Below, piece after piece: positions 44,955 through 56,066 of a DNA stretch of 64,000 nucleotides; the first letter of the stretch is position 1, and each line of letters starts with the position of its first letter. The stretch covers positions 3,934-67,933 of the forward strand of contig JAYZLL010000035.1 of NCBI GenBank assembly GCA_036154315.1. The letters run 5' to 3'. A model generated the notes under the pieces. That model ran no database searches, was not told the DNA's origin, and saw only the letters and a program-made list of their open reading frames with translations. Both the position numbers and the translations under genes were made by a program. The DNA is from Pseudomonadota bacterium (GTDB taxonomy: Bacteria; Pseudomonadota; Alphaproteobacteria; Rhodobacterales; Rhodobacteraceae).

Positions 44955-46358
44955 ATGAACGCATCTGCGACGAAACTCCCCACCGAGATGGGCGCGATTC
45001 ACTTCGTGGGGATCGGCGGCATCGGCATGTCGGGCATCGCCGAGGTGCTGTTGAACCACGGCTATCGGGTGCAGGGGTCGGACCTCAAGACCTCGCCGAT
45101 CACCGAACGCCTCGCCTCGCTCGGGGCCGAGATTTTCATCGGTCAGCGCGCCGAGAACCTCGAGAACGCCGAGGTTGTCGTGATCTCGTCGGCGATCAAA
45201 CCGGGCAACCCGGAACTCGACACTGCGCGTGTGCGCGGCCTGCCGGTCGTGCGCCGGGCCGAAATGCTGGCCGAGCTCATGCGGCTCAAGTCGAACATCG
45301 CGGTCGCAGGCACGCACGGCAAGACGACGACCACCACGCTCGTCGCCGAACTCCTCGTCGCCGGTGGCATCGACCCGACCGTCATCAACGGCGGGATCAT
45401 TCACGCCTATGGCTCGAACGCCCGGATGGGGCAGGGCGAGTGGATGGTGGTCGAGGCGGACGAAAGCGACGGCACCTTCAACCGCCTGCCCGCGACCATC
45501 GCCATCGTGACCAATATCGACCCCGAGCACATGGATCACTGGGGCACCGAAGAGGCGCTGCACAAAGGCTTCTACGACTTCGTGTCGAACATCCCGTTCT
45601 ACGGTCTCGCCGTGTGCTGCACCGACGATGCGGACGTGCAGACGCTGGTGGGCAAGATCACCGACCGCCGGGTCGTGACATTCGGCTTCAACGCGCAGGC
45701 CGACGTGCGCGCGGTGAACCTGACCTATGACGCGGGCATCGCGCATTTCGACATCGTTCTGCCGGACGGTCGGATCGACGGCTGCACGCTGCCCATGCCC
45801 GGCGACCACAACGTGTCCAACGCTCTGGCGGCCGTGGCCGTGTCGCGCCATCTGGGCATGAAATTCGCCGAAATCCGCGATGCGCTCGCCAAGTTCGGGG
45901 GCGTGAACCGCCGCTTTACCCGCGTGGGCATGTGGAACGACGTGCCGATCATCGACGATTACGGCCACCATCCGGTCGAGATCGCAGCGGTCCTGAAAGC
46001 CGCGCGTCAGGCGGTTAACGGCCGGGTGATCGCCGTGCACCAGCCGCACCGGTACTCCCGCCTGCACAGCCTGTTTGAGGACTTCTGCACCTGCTTCAAC
46101 GAGGCAGACGTGGTCGGCATCTCCGAGGTTTATGCCGCTGGCGAAGACCCGATCCCGGGCGCGAGTCGTGACGACCTCGTCAACGGTCTTACCGCCCACG
46201 GCCACCGCCACGCCTTTGCGGTCGATACCGAAGACGACCTTGCCGCGCTGGTGCGGGCCGAAGCCGAGCCGGGCGACATCGTGGTCTGCCTTGGCGCGGG
46301 GACGATCAGCACCTGGGCGCGGGGGCTGGAGGCCAAGCTCACGAAAGTTCCCGCATAG
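44955..46358 (+). CDS. murC: UDP-N-acetylmuramate--L-alanine ligase
   Basis: The ATG at 44955 is preferred ([30 protein letters not shown]). [11 protein letters not shown]-loop. The listed ORF start 44859 overlaps murG. Confidence 0.93.
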   Translation: MNASATKLPTEMGAIHFVGIGGIGMSGIAEVLLNHGYRVQGSDLKTSPITERLASLGAEIFIGQRAENLENAEVVVISSAIKPGNPELDTARVRGLPVVRRAEMLAELMRLKSNIAVAGTHGKTTTTTLVAELLVAGGIDPTVINGGIIHAYGSNARMGQGEWMVVEADESDGTFNRLPATIAIVTNIDPEHMDHWGTEEALHKGFYDFVSNIPFYGLAVCCTDDADVQTLVGKITDRRVVTFGFNAQADVRAVNLTYDAGIAHFDIVLPDGRIDGCTLPMPGDHNVSNALAAVAVSRHLGMKFAEIRDALAKFGGVNRRFTRVGMWNDVPIIDDYGHHPVEIAAVLKAARQAVNGRVIAVHQPHRYSRLHSLFEDFCTCFNEADVVGISEVYAAGEDPIPGASRDDLVNGLTAHGHRHAFAVDTEDDLAALVRAEAEPGDIVVCLGAGTISTWARGLEAKLTKVPA

Positions 46359-46442
46359 CCTATGTGCGATGCGGCGGGTTTCCTCTGCCGTATGGCATGG
46401 TAGGTCTTCGGCGTAACGCCAACTGCCGTCCCGGAGGCCTTC

Positions 46443-47279
46443 ATGCCCGCTCTTACCCCAGCCCCGACCGTCGAACTTGCCAACGGCGTGAACATGCCGC
46501 GTCTTGGTCTTGGCACGTGGCCGATGACCGATGACGAGGCCGCCAAGGCGGTCGCCACGGCGCTTGGCACTGGCTACCGGCTGATCGACACGGCCGAAAA
46601 CTACGGCAACGAAACCGGCGTGGGGCAGGGCATCCGCGATGCGGGCGTGGCCCGCGACGACGTGTTCCTCACCACCAAGATGAACAAGAAATGGCACAGC
46701 GTAGACGGCGCGCGTCAGGCCTGCGAGGCGAGCCTCGGGCGGCTCGGCCTTGACTACATCGACCTGTTCCTGATCCATTGGCCGAACCCGGACCAAGGCA
46801 CTTACGTCGAGGCGTTCGAAGGGCTGACCAAGCTGGTCGACGCAGGGCTGGTCAGGGCCATCGGCACCTCGAATTTCCTGCCCGAGCATCTGAAAGACCT
46901 GTTCGCCGCAGGTTTCGTGCCGCATGTGAATCAGATCCAGCTCGACCCGTATCACCTGCGCTCGGACATCACGGCCATCCATGCCGACAAGGGCATCGTC
47001 ACCGAAAGCTGGTCGCCCATCGGCCGTGCGGGCGAAATGCTGGCAGACCCCGCGATCACCGGGATTGCCGAGGCGCATGGCAAGACCCCAGCCCAGACGG
47101 TGCTGCGTTGGCAGGTTCAGTCGGGCTATGTCCCGGCCCCGAAATCGTCGGACCCGGCACGGCAGGCGCAGAACCTCGACGTATTCGACTTCGCGCTGAC
47201 CGAGGCCGAGATGACGGTTCTGAACGGTCTCGACCGCCCCGATCCCGGTATGCTCGACGCCAACAGCTTCGGGCACTGA
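46443..47279 (+). CDS. aldo/keto reductase (2,5-diketo-D-gluconate reductase-like)
   Basis: 278 aa. GYRLIDTAENYGNE, LDYIDLFLIHWP, IGTSNF, SWSPIG. Confidence 0.88.
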   Translation: MPALTPAPTVELANGVNMPRLGLGTWPMTDDEAAKAVATALGTGYRLIDTAENYGNETGVGQGIRDAGVARDDVFLTTKMNKKWHSVDGARQACEASLGRLGLDYIDLFLIHWPNPDQGTYVEAFEGLTKLVDAGLVRAIGTSNFLPEHLKDLFAAGFVPHVNQIQLDPYHLRSDITAIHADKGIVTESWSPIGRAGEMLADPAITGIAEAHGKTPAQTVLRWQVQSGYVPAPKSSDPARQAQNLDVFDFALTEAEMTVLNGLDRPDPGMLDANSFGH

Positions 47280-47342
47280 CCGCCAGACCTTGACCCCGGC
47301 TTGGCTTCGGCAGACCCTATGCGCCACATCAGGGAGGATGCC

Positions 47343-47795
47343 ATGACGATCGAAGCAAAGCCGCGTGTGCGGGAACTTTCGCGCTACGACTTCCCTGATC
47401 TGCACGAGCTTCTAACCCATTATAGTGGCGGCAAACCCGTGCCGGATGGGAGCGCGGGCGAGGCGATCCTCTATGAAATCCTCGCCATGCCGGGCACCTC
47501 GCTGTTCGGGGCGGAATGCGAGGGCAAGATCGTCTCGACCGCGATGCTGTCGATCCTGCCCAACCTGACCTTCGGGGGCCGCCCGCTGGCGCGGATCGAA
47601 AACGTGGTGACGCATCCCGACTATCGTGGCCGTGGCTTTGCGGCGGCGGTGATGGAAAAGGCCATCGAAAGGGCCAAGACCAAAGACTGCGCCGATATAT
47701 CGCTGCTGTCGCCCAAGTCCCTGAAAGCCGAAGGGTTTTACCGCAAGCTCGGGTTCAAGGACGACACCGTGGGCCTGCACCTGTCCATCGGCTGA
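47343..47795 (+). CDS. GNAT-family N-acetyltransferase
   Basis: GGGAGGA RBS 5 nt before the ATG at 47343. VVTHPDYRGRGFAAAVMEKAI acetyl-CoA binding motif. Confidence 0.82.
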   Translation: MTIEAKPRVRELSRYDFPDLHELLTHYSGGKPVPDGSAGEAILYEILAMPGTSLFGAECEGKIVSTAMLSILPNLTFGGRPLARIENVVTHPDYRGRGFAAAVMEKAIERAKTKDCADISLLSPKSLKAEGFYRKLGFKDDTVGLHLSIG

Positions 47796-47843
47796 CTTGC
47801 CGCCGCCCGCGCCCGCAGGCATCTTGCGGGTGGAGGGATAGTG

Positions 47844-49034
47844 ATGGGCGAAACACTCCTCAAACGGTTGGGCACGGGACTGCTCACGGCCTATGGCGTC
47901 GGCATCATGGTCGGGGCCGGGATTTACGTGCTCGTCGGGCATGCGGCGGGCGAGGCGGGCGTCTGGGCGCCGCTCGCGTTCCTTTTGGCCGGCGTGGTTG
48001 CCGTGCCTTCGGCACTGTCCTTTGCCGAACTGTCCTCACGCATTCCCGAAGCGGCGGGGGATAGCGCCTATGTCGAACATGGGCTGCGCGCGCATTGGCT
48101 TGCGGTGCTCGTCGGTCTCATCAACATCTCGGCGGGGATCATCGGCGGGGCGGCGGTTCTGCGCGGCGGGGTCGGCTATCTTACCGCGCTCATGCCCATC
48201 GACCCGGTGGCCGCCATCGTGGCGCTTGGCGGGCTTCTGACCCTGATCGCGGTTCTGGGCGTGGTCGAGAGCCTGTCCTTCGCGGCGGTCCTGACGGCGG
48301 TGGAGGTCAGTGGCCTCGCGCTCGTCATCTGGGCCGGGTTCACGGCGGCACCCACAGCCGACTGGGCCGCGCCGGGCGCGATCCATCTGCCGGGCGTGCT
48401 GGCTGCGTCGATCTTTGCCTTCTTCGCCTTCCTCGGCTTCGACGACCTCGTGAACATGGCCGAAGAGGCGCGCAATCCGGCCCGCCAGATGCCGCGCGCG
48501 ATCCTGTGGTCGCTGGCGATCACCTCGGTGCTCTATGCGCTGGTCACGCTGGCTGCGGTGCGTGCCGTTCCGTTGGAGGCGCTGTCCGGGTCCGAGCGCC
48601 CCCTCGCGCTGGTCTGGACCGCATCGACCGGGCAGCAGGCGGCATTTCTGTCGTCCATCGCGGTCGCCGCCGCGCTCAACGGTGTGCTGGCGCAGATCGT
48701 CATGGCGTCCCGCGTGCTCTTTGGTCTGGGCCGCCGGTCCAAGGGGCTTGCGATCTTTCACCGGGCCAACCCGCGTTTCGGGACTCCCGTGCTGGCGACC
48801 ATCCTGATCGGAGCGGCCACAGTCGCGGCGGCGGGCGTTCTGCCGGTCGCGCTCTTGGCCGAATACACGACGCTCGCGCTGCTCATCGTCTTCACCATCG
48901 TGAACGCGGCCCTCATCGGGGTGAAACGACAGGGGACACCGTCACCCTTTTCCGTGCCCGGGTTCGTTCCGTGGCTCGGCATCGTCGGCGCGCTCGGCCT
49001 GTTCGTGGCGAACCTTCAGGCTTTTCTTCCCTAA
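47844..49034 (+). CDS. APC-superfamily amino acid permease
   Basis: About 396 aa, 11-12 TM. YGVGIMVGAGIYVLVG N-terminal APC signature. GTG at 47841 or ATG at 47844 after GGAGGGA. Confidence 0.85.
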   Translation: MGETLLKRLGTGLLTAYGVGIMVGAGIYVLVGHAAGEAGVWAPLAFLLAGVVAVPSALSFAELSSRIPEAAGDSAYVEHGLRAHWLAVLVGLINISAGIIGGAAVLRGGVGYLTALMPIDPVAAIVALGGLLTLIAVLGVVESLSFAAVLTAVEVSGLALVIWAGFTAAPTADWAAPGAIHLPGVLAASIFAFFAFLGFDDLVNMAEEARNPARQMPRAILWSLAITSVLYALVTLAAVRAVPLEALSGSERPLALVWTASTGQQAAFLSSIAVAAALNGVLAQIVMASRVLFGLGRRSKGLAIFHRANPRFGTPVLATILIGAATVAAAGVLPVALLAEYTTLALLIVFTIVNAALIGVKRQGTPSPFSVPGFVPWLGIVGALGLFVANLQAFLP

Positions 49035-49130
49035 GGGCAGGGGCCGAAACATTGGCCCACCCGCGCCCCAGTTTCGCCCGGTTCCCCCCGCAGGCTGCGT
49101 CCAAAGCTTGCATTTGACAGGAGCCCCACC

Positions 49131-49388
49131 ATGAGCCTTTCCCTGATCGCCGGTTGCCTCTGGGTGCTCGCCGCATCGCTGATCGCCTTTCTGCCGATCC
49201 GCCATCAGATCATTCCCGGCACGATCCTTGGCCTGTCCGCCTTCGCGCTCTTGGGCTGGATCGGCTACCAGAACGGCTGGATCTGGACTGCGGTCGGCAT
49301 CTTCGCCTTCGTTTCGCTGTTTCGAAACGGGTTCAAGGCGATCCCGGCCATGATGCGGGGCGAGAAGTTGGAAATCCCCGAGCACTGA
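49131..49388 (+). CDS. DUF2484-like small membrane protein
   Basis: 85 aa, three hydrophobic helices. Family name is from memory of the equivalent murC-murB position in Rhodobacterales and is unverified. Confidence 0.6.
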   Translation: MSLSLIAGCLWVLAASLIAFLPIRHQIIPGTILGLSAFALLGWIGYQNGWIWTAVGIFAFVSLFRNGFKAIPAMMRGEKLEIPEH

Positions 49389-49445
49389 TCCGCGCGCCCC
49401 TCGCGTAATCTTGCCTCTCCCGGCGCGCCGCGCTACGCCGGGTCC

Positions 49446-50375
49446 ATGACGATGACGCTCCCCGAGACCCGTGGCACCCTGACTGAAAACCGTGACCTGT
49501 CGTCGCTGACATGGATGCGCGTGGGTGGTCCTGCGGACTGGCTGTTCCAGCCTGCGGACGAGGAGGATCTGGCCAGTTTCCTGCGCGATCTCGACCCCTC
49601 CGTCCCGGTGTTCCCGATGGGGGTCGGGTCGAACCTGATCGTGCGTGACGGCGGCATTCGCGGCGTGGTGATCCGGCTCGGGCGCGGGTTCAACGGGATC
49701 GAGATCGACGGGACGACCGTGACCGCAGGCACCGCAGCCCTCGACGCGCATGTGGCGCGCAAGGCGGCGGAGGCGGGCGTGAACCTCACCTTTCTGCGCA
49801 CCATTCCCGGCACCATAGGCGGGGCGGTGCGGATGAACGCGGGATGCTACGGCAGCTACACGGCGGACGTGTTCCAGTCCGCGCGCGCCGTGACCCGGTC
49901 GGGCGAGATCGTGACGCTCACGCCAGACGACCTCAACTTCCGTTACCGTCAATCCGACGTTCCCGAAGGGATGGTCGTGATCTCGGCCACGCTCAAAGGC
50001 GAGGCGGGCGACCCCGAGGCCCTGAACGCCATCATGGACGCGCAGCTCGCCAAGCGGGACGAAACTCAGCCGTCAAAGGACCGGACCGCAGGCTCGACCT
50101 TCCGCAATCCGGCCGGTTTTTCCTCGACCGGCCGCGCTGATGACACCCACGACCTCAAGGCGTGGAAGGTGATCGACGATGCGGGGATGCGCGGGGCCAC
50201 CATCGGCGGCGCGCAAATGAACATGAAACACTCGAATTTCCTCACCAACGCCGGTGGGGCCACCGCGCATGACCTTGAATCTCTTGGCGAAGAGGTTCGG
50301 AAAAAGGTTTACGAAACCAGTGGCCTGACGCTAGAGTGGGAAATCATGCGGGTCGGAGAACCCGCTTCTAAATAA
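49446..50375 (+). CDS. murB: UDP-N-acetylenolpyruvoylglucosamine reductase
   Basis: 309 aa. FAD-binding PCMH region (MGVGSNLIV) and C-terminal MurB domain (AGSTFRNP ... KHSNFLTN). Confidence 0.93.
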   Translation: MTMTLPETRGTLTENRDLSSLTWMRVGGPADWLFQPADEEDLASFLRDLDPSVPVFPMGVGSNLIVRDGGIRGVVIRLGRGFNGIEIDGTTVTAGTAALDAHVARKAAEAGVNLTFLRTIPGTIGGAVRMNAGCYGSYTADVFQSARAVTRSGEIVTLTPDDLNFRYRQSDVPEGMVVISATLKGEAGDPEALNAIMDAQLAKRDETQPSKDRTAGSTFRNPAGFSSTGRADDTHDLKAWKVIDDAGMRGATIGGAQMNMKHSNFLTNAGGATAHDLESLGEEVRKKVYETSGLTLEWEIMRVGEPASK

Positions 50376-50420
50376 AAGCAGATCAGAACGGTCGCAAAAG
50401 ACCGTCACGAGAGGCAGACC

Positions 50421-51341
50421 TTGGGCAATGCGAGCAGGCAAAGCCCCAAAGTCGTGGTATTGAAGGGTGGGCCTTCCGCTGAGCGGGAGGTGTCGCTCAG
50501 TTCAGGGCGTGAATGTGCCGCCGCGCTGCGGGGTGAAGGATATCAGGTGGTCGAGCTGGATGCCGGCCCCGACCTTTGCGCGCGCCTTGCCGAGATCGCG
50601 CCCGACGTCGTGTTCAACGCGCTGCATGGCCCCTACGGCGAAGATGGCTGCGTTCAGGGCCTGCTCGAATGGCTCAAAATTCCCTATACCCATTCCGGCG
50701 TCCTCGCGTCGGCTCTGGCGATGGACAAGGAGCGTTCGAAAGACGTGTTCCGTCAGGCGGGCCTGCCCATCGCGGAAAGCAGACTGGCGCAGAAGGACGA
50801 GATCGAAGCGGCCCACGTCATGGCGCCGCCCTATGTGGTGAAGCCCTATAACGAGGGCTCGTCGGTCGGTGTCTATATCGTAGCCGAAGGGGCGAACACA
50901 CCGCCGAAGCTTTCGACCGACATGCCCGAGACCTTGATGGTCGAGAAATACGTGCCGGGCCGCGAATTGACCGTGACCGTCATGGGTGAGCGCGCGCTCG
51001 CCGTGACCGAGATCATAACCGACGGCTGGTACGATTACGACGCGAAGTACAAGCCCGGCGGGTCGCGCCATGAGGTGCCCGCCAAACTGCCGGAAGAGAT
51101 CACCGCCGCCTGCCTCGACTATGCCGCGCGCGCGCATGCCGCGCTGGGCTGTCGCGGCGTGTCGCGTTCGGATTTCCGCTGGGACGAAGACAAGGGCCTC
51201 GACGGTCTGATCCTGCTCGAACAGAACACCCAGCCGGGGATGACGCCCACCTCGCTCACGCCCGAGCAGGGCGCGACCGTGGGGATCACCTTCGGGGCGT
51301 TCGTGCGCTGGATGGTGGAGGACGCGTCATGCAATCGCTGA
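50421..51341 (+). CDS. ddl: D-alanine--D-alanine ligase
   Basis: TTG start after [41 protein letters not shown]-grasp C-terminal EQNTQPGMT. Confidence 0.92.
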   Translation: MGNASRQSPKVVVLKGGPSAEREVSLSSGRECAAALRGEGYQVVELDAGPDLCARLAEIAPDVVFNALHGPYGEDGCVQGLLEWLKIPYTHSGVLASALAMDKERSKDVFRQAGLPIAESRLAQKDEIEAAHVMAPPYVVKPYNEGSSVGVYIVAEGANTPPKLSTDMPETLMVEKYVPGRELTVTVMGERALAVTEIITDGWYDYDAKYKPGGSRHEVPAKLPEEITAACLDYAARAHAALGCRGVSRSDFRWDEDKGLDGLILLEQNTQPGMTPTSLTPEQGATVGITFGAFVRWMVEDASCNR

Positions 51342-52228
51342 TCGCGAGCCGTTCGGCGCCCCACGCGGCCCCGGTCAAACGGGACCCGGCGCCGTCGCGC
51401 TGGGCCTATCGCATCCACCGCATCTGGCTGACCCCGGTCTATCGCGCGCTGCTGCGGGTGGGCTTGCCCACCTTTATCCTGCTCTTCGCGGCGGGTTGGT
51501 ACATTTCGAACCCGACGAACCGCTTCACCATCGTCGAGAAGGTCAGCGAAATCCGGCGTTCGGTCGAGACCCGTCCCGAATTCGCGGTCAAGCTGATGGC
51601 GATCGAAGGGGCCTCGCCGGTTCTCGATCTTGCGATCCGCGATATCGTCGCGGTCGAATTCCCCGTGTCTTCGTTCGATCTCAACCTCGAAACGCTGCAG
51701 GCCAGCATCGCCGCTTTCGACGTGGTGCAGAGCGTTGCCTTGCGCATTCGCCCCGGTGGGGTGCTCGAGATCGCCGTCACCGAGCGTCAGCCAGTGCTCA
51801 TCTGGCGCCATAAGGGCGGGATCGACATGCTGGATGCCACCGGCCATCGCGTGGCGTCGCTCAAGGAACGCGGCGCGCGGCCCGATCTGCCGCTGATCGT
51901 GGGGCAGGGCGCGGGGGCCGAAGTTGAGCAGGCGCTCGCCCTTCTGGACGCCGCCGGTCCCATCGCGCCGCGTCTGCGCGGGCTCGTGCGCGTCGGCGAA
52001 CGGCGCTGGGACCTCGTCCTCGATCAGGACCAGCGCATCATGCTGCCCGACGTCGCCCCGATTGCCGCCCTCGAACAGGTGCTGGCGCTCGACGAGGCGC
52101 AGGACGTTCTGGCCCGAGACCTGACCCACATCGACATGCGCAACCCCGCGCGTCCGACGCTTCGTATGACCCAGCCTGCGGTCGAAGAGCTTCGGCGCAT
52201 CCGGAGCCTCGACAACGGAGAACGATAA
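51329..52228 (+). CDS. ftsQ: cell division protein FtsQ
   Basis: 299 aa, N-terminal TM then a POTRA-like domain. Overlaps the ddl end. Conserved position. Confidence 0.88.
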   Translation: MQSLIASRSAPHAAPVKRDPAPSRWAYRIHRIWLTPVYRALLRVGLPTFILLFAAGWYISNPTNRFTIVEKVSEIRRSVETRPEFAVKLMAIEGASPVLDLAIRDIVAVEFPVSSFDLNLETLQASIAAFDVVQSVALRIRPGGVLEIAVTERQPVLIWRHKGGIDMLDATGHRVASLKERGARPDLPLIVGQGAGAEVEQALALLDAAGPIAPRLRGLVRVGERRWDLVLDQDQRIMLPDVAPIAALEQVLALDEAQDVLARDLTHIDMRNPARPTLRMTQPAVEELRRIRSLDNGER

Positions 52229-53563
52229 ATGACGGAGCTCTACGAACAGCAGCGTGCCATGCGCGCCATGCGAAAGACCGCGATGCAGCGCGGCGTGATC
52301 GCGATCCTCGACATCGGGACGTCCAAGATCGGCTGTCTCGTGCTCAGGTTCGACGGCAACGACCGCGTGGCGGCGAACGATGGCGTCGGTTCGCTGGCTG
52401 GCCAGTCGGGCTTCCGCGTCATCGGCGCGGCCACCACCCGCTCGCGCGGCGTCCGCTTCGGCGAGATCGACGCGATGCAGGAAACCGAACGCGCGATCCG
52501 CACCGCCATTCAGGCCGCGCAGAAGATGGCCAACATGCGTGTCGACCACGTGATCGTCACCTTCTCGGGCGCCAACCCCCGCAGCTACGGCGTGGCGGGC
52601 GAGGTCGACGTGGCAGGCACCGCCGTGACCGAGGACGACATCGCGCGCGTCATGGCATCCTGCGATGTGCCGGACTTCGGCGAGGGGCGTGAGGTGATCC
52701 ACGCCCAGCCCGTGAACTTTGCGCTCGACCACCGCTCGGGCCTCTCCGACCCGCGTGAACAGGTCGGCAAGATGCTCGCCGTGGACATGCACCTTCTGAC
52801 CATCGACGCGGCCACCGTGCGCAACGTGGCCTACTGCATCAAGCGCTGCGATCTGGAACTCGCCGGGATCGCCTCGTCGAGCTACACCGCCGGCCTTGCC
52901 TCGCTGGTCGAGGACGAGCAGGAGTTGGGGGCGGCCTGTATCGACATGGGTGGCGGGTCGACCGGCGTGTCGATCTTCATGAAAAAGCACATGATCTATG
53001 CCGACAGCGTCCGTCTGGGCGGCGATCACGTGACCTCGGACATCTCCAAAGGGCTTCAGATCCCGATGGCGACGGCCGAGCGGATCAAGACCTTTTACGG
53101 CGGCGTCTTCGCCACCGGCATGGACGACCGTGAGATGATCGAGATCGGCGGCGACACCGGCGACTGGGAACACGACCGCCGCACCGTGAGCCGTTCGGAA
53201 CTGATCGGGATCATGAAGCCGCGGGTCGAGGAGATCCTCGAAGAGGTCCGCGCGCGTCTGGATGCCGCCGGGTTCGATCACCTGCCGAGCCAGCAGATCG
53301 TGCTGACGGGCGGGGCGAGCCAGATCCCGGGTCTCGACACGCTCGCACCGCGCATCTTGGGCCAGCAGGTCCGTATCGGTCGCCCGCTCAGGGTGCAGGG
53401 GCTGCCGCAGGCCGCGACCGGCGCGGCCTTCGCCAGCGCCGTGGGCCTGTGCCTCTTCGCGGCCTCGCCGCAGGACGAATGGTGGGATTTCGACATCCCG
53501 GCCGAAAGCTATCCGGCCCGTTCGCTGCGTTGGGCGGTGAAGTGGTTCAAGGACAACTGGTGA
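52229..53563 (+). CDS. ftsA: cell division protein FtsA
   Basis: 444 aa actin-fold protein (ILDIGTSKI, IDMGGGSTGVSIF, VLTGGASQIPGL). Confidence 0.94.
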   Translation: MTELYEQQRAMRAMRKTAMQRGVIAILDIGTSKIGCLVLRFDGNDRVAANDGVGSLAGQSGFRVIGAATTRSRGVRFGEIDAMQETERAIRTAIQAAQKMANMRVDHVIVTFSGANPRSYGVAGEVDVAGTAVTEDDIARVMASCDVPDFGEGREVIHAQPVNFALDHRSGLSDPREQVGKMLAVDMHLLTIDAATVRNVAYCIKRCDLELAGIASSSYTAGLASLVEDEQELGAACIDMGGGSTGVSIFMKKHMIYADSVRLGGDHVTSDISKGLQIPMATAERIKTFYGGVFATGMDDREMIEIGGDTGDWEHDRRTVSRSELIGIMKPRVEEILEEVRARLDAAGFDHLPSQQIVLTGGASQIPGLDTLAPRILGQQVRIGRPLRVQGLPQAATGAAFASAVGLCLFAASPQDEWWDFDIPAESYPARSLRWAVKWFKDNW

Positions 53564-53567
53564 TCCG

Positions 53568-53996
53568 GTGCGGCTGCGCACCGTCATACTTGGTGGTGCG
53601 GGCGCCCTGATCCTGATCGCCCTCGGCGTGACCGGCGCACTCATGTTCATGGGGCGCACCCTGTGCACCGTGAGCGCCGAAGTCGCGCGCATCGCCTCGC
53701 CCGACGGGCGCGTCGATGCGGTGCTTTATGAGTACAACTGCGGGCCCAGCACGCCCTTTGCCACGCATGTCTCGCTCCTGAAACCCGGCCAACCGGCGAC
53801 CAAGGCAGGCAACGTCTTTGCCGCCACGATGGGGACGAGCGACGGGGTCTCGGCCCCCTGGGGCGGGCCCTGGGCCGAACTGCGGTGGGAGGGGGCCCGG
53901 CAGCTCGTCGTGCTCTACGATCGCGGGGCGCAGGTGGTCCGCAACGAGACCTCGCGAAGACGGGTTGCGGTGGAGTACGACCCCATCGAACGCTGA
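53568..53996 (+). CDS. hypothetical membrane-anchored protein between ftsA and ftsZ
   Basis: GTG start 5 nt after the ftsA stop. N-terminal TM (VILGGAGALILIALGVTGALMF). Good GC3 bias. No family recognised. Confidence 0.55.
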   Translation: MRLRTVILGGAGALILIALGVTGALMFMGRTLCTVSAEVARIASPDGRVDAVLYEYNCGPSTPFATHVSLLKPGQPATKAGNVFAATMGTSDGVSAPWGGPWAELRWEGARQLVVLYDRGAQVVRNETSRRRVAVEYDPIER

Positions 53997-54146
53997 AGAC
54001 CCGGCGCTTTACCGCCGTCCCGGCGGGAATCCACTTGATCGCCGCCCCGCGTGATGGTGCAGTCGCCCGAGCGGTGGGAGTGCGGACCGGGGGTGAGTCC
54101 GTCGATGCGACACCAGATATGCCCCGAGACGCGAAATCTCGCCGCT

Positions 54147-54191
54147 AAAGCCCGGTAATCCACCGGATTTAGGGGCTTTTTCGTGTTTTTT
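54147..54191 (+). terminator. Rho-independent terminator upstream of ftsZ
   Basis: AAAGCCC..AATCC-ACC-GGATT..GGGGCTTT hairpin with a 3x3 internal loop, followed by TTTTCGTGTTTTTT. Confidence 0.6.
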
Positions 54192-54348
54192 GCGTGACCT
54201 GTGTCATGGATGTGGTTAAGCTGATGGGAAATAGGCAGATAACCGGCACAGATCGGGGCGCACCCGGCACAAACCGGGACTGAACTGGACAGGCCAACGG
54301 ACAAGACGGTCTCAGGACGACAAGTCGAAAAGGACAGGCGGAAAGATC

Positions 54349-56016
54349 ATGACATTGAACCTCACCATGCCGGGTCACGATGACCTCAAACCCCGCATCA
54401 CCGTATTTGGCGTCGGTGGCGCTGGCGGCAATGCGGTCAACAACATGATCGACAAGGCGCTGGAAGGGGTCGAGTTCGTCGTGGCGAACACCGATGCACA
54501 GGCGCTGGCACAGTCGAAGGCACAGGCCCGCATCCAGATGGGTGTGAAAGTGACCGAAGGTCTCGGCGCAGGTGCGCGGGCCACGGTCGGCGCTGCGGCA
54601 GCCGAAGAGTCGATCGAACAGATCGTGGATCACCGTGCTGGCGCGCACATGTGCTTCATCACCGCCGGTATGGGCGGTGGCACCGGCACCGGTGCGGCAC
54701 CGATCATCGCGCAGGCTGCGCGTGAGCTGGGCGTCCTGACCGTCGGTGTCGTGACCAAGCCGTTCCAGTTCGAAGGCGCCAAACGGATGCGTCAGGCCGA
54801 AGACGGCGTCGACGCGCTGCAAAAGATGGTCGACACGCTGATCATCATTCCGAACCAGAACCTGTTCCGCCTCGCAAACGAAAAGACCACCTTCACCGAC
54901 GCCTTCTCGATGGCCGACGACGTGCTGTATCAGGGCGTCAAAGGTGTGACCGACCTTATGGTCCGTCCGGGTCTCATCAACCTCGACTTCGCCGACGTGC
55001 GCGCGGTGATGGACGAGATGGGCAAAGCCATGATGGGAACGGGCGAGGCCGATGGCGACGATCGCGCCATTCAAGCGGCCGAGAAAGCCATCGCGAACCC
55101 GCTGCTCGACGAGATCAGCCTCAAGGGTGCGCGCGGTGTGCTCATCAACATCACCGGCGGCTACGACCTCACGCTCTTCGAACTCGACGAAGCCGCGAAC
55201 CGCATCCGCGAAGAGGTCGATCCGGACGCCAACATCATCGTCGGTTCGACGCTGGACACGGACATGGAAGGGCAGATGCGCGTTTCCGTGGTCGCCACCG
55301 GCATCGACGCGACCGAATCCCACGCAGATATCCCGCTGCCGCGCCGCTCGCTCGCCGAGCCGCTGCATTCGCCGCAGGAAGTCGAGCACTCGTTCGGCCA
55401 CGATGCGCCGAGCTTCTCGCACGGCCAGCAGGAAACCTCGATGGATCAGGGATACGAGCAGGAATACACCAGCGAGTATTCGACCGAGAGCCATGAGCCG
55501 CAGCAGTCGTTCTTTGACGAAGAGATCGACCCGACCGCCGCTGCCGCGGAAGAGCAGCTCGAGAACATCTTCCCGGCCGAAGAGGCTGGCGACGATGTGC
55601 CCGCCCCGGTGTTCCAATCCTCGCAGCGTCACGAACCGGCGCCGCAACCCGCACCGCAGCCGCGCCAGCAGGCTCGTCCGCAAGAGGGCGTCGCCCAGTT
55701 CGTGGCGCCCAAGTCGCCGCAGCCCGGCCAGCCGTCGCCCGATACGCTCGCCCGCCTCGAAGCGGCTGTGAGCCGCTCGCGCTCCGGCGAAGCCAAGGCC
55801 GCGCCGCAGCAACCGCAGGGCGGTGGAGCCGAGCGTCCGCGCTTTGGGATCAACTCGCTCATCAACCGCATGACGGGGCAGGGCGCCGAACAGGCCGCGC
55901 AACCCGAACAGCGCTATGAGCCGCAGCCGCGCCCCGCGCGTGAGCCCGAGCAGCAGGCCGACCCGGATCAGGAACGCGTGGAAATCCCCGCCTTCCTGCG
56001 CCGTCAAGCCAACTGA
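54349..56016 (+). CDS. ftsZ: cell division protein FtsZ (long C-terminal linker)
   Basis: [25 protein letters not shown] tubulin signature. About 230-aa Pro/Gln/Glu-rich linker and the conserved C-terminal peptide [12 protein letters not shown]. Confidence 0.96.
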   Translation: MTLNLTMPGHDDLKPRITVFGVGGAGGNAVNNMIDKALEGVEFVVANTDAQALAQSKAQARIQMGVKVTEGLGAGARATVGAAAAEESIEQIVDHRAGAHMCFITAGMGGGTGTGAAPIIAQAARELGVLTVGVVTKPFQFEGAKRMRQAEDGVDALQKMVDTLIIIPNQNLFRLANEKTTFTDAFSMADDVLYQGVKGVTDLMVRPGLINLDFADVRAVMDEMGKAMMGTGEADGDDRAIQAAEKAIANPLLDEISLKGARGVLINITGGYDLTLFELDEAANRIREEVDPDANIIVGSTLDTDMEGQMRVSVVATGIDATESHADIPLPRRSLAEPLHSPQEVEHSFGHDAPSFSHGQQETSMDQGYEQEYTSEYSTESHEPQQSFFDEEIDPTAAAAEEQLENIFPAEEAGDDVPAPVFQSSQRHEPAPQPAPQPRQQARPQEGVAQFVAPKSPQPGQPSPDTLARLEAAVSRSRSGEAKAAPQQPQGGGAERPRFGINSLINRMTGQGAEQAAQPEQRYEPQPRPAREPEQQADPDQERVEIPAFLRRQAN

Positions 56017-56038
56017 TCGCAGCATTACCTCGCAAAAG

Positions 56039-56066
56039 GGCCGGCCTTCGGGTCGGCCTTTTTCGT
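56039..56066 (+). terminator. Rho-independent terminator of ftsZ
   Basis: GGCCGGCC-TTCG-GGTCGGCC (one G-U) followed by TTTTTCGTTT. Confidence 0.8.

Noticed and set aside
44628-47405. 925-aa minus-strand ORF. Similar very long antisense ORFs: 51119-53692 (-), 54169-56025 (-), 5991-7832 (-), 32776-34443 (-), 35058-36659 (-), 36079-37647 (-), 37719-39161 (-), 13480-14880 (-), 20554-22155 (+), 22652-24130 (+), 15980-17137 (-).
   Set aside because: All lie antisense to, or out of frame with, genes that carry unmistakable catalytic motifs. Their translations are Arg/Gly/Pro/Ala/His-rich low-complexity strings with no motifs. Stop-poor shadow frames are expected in high-GC DNA.
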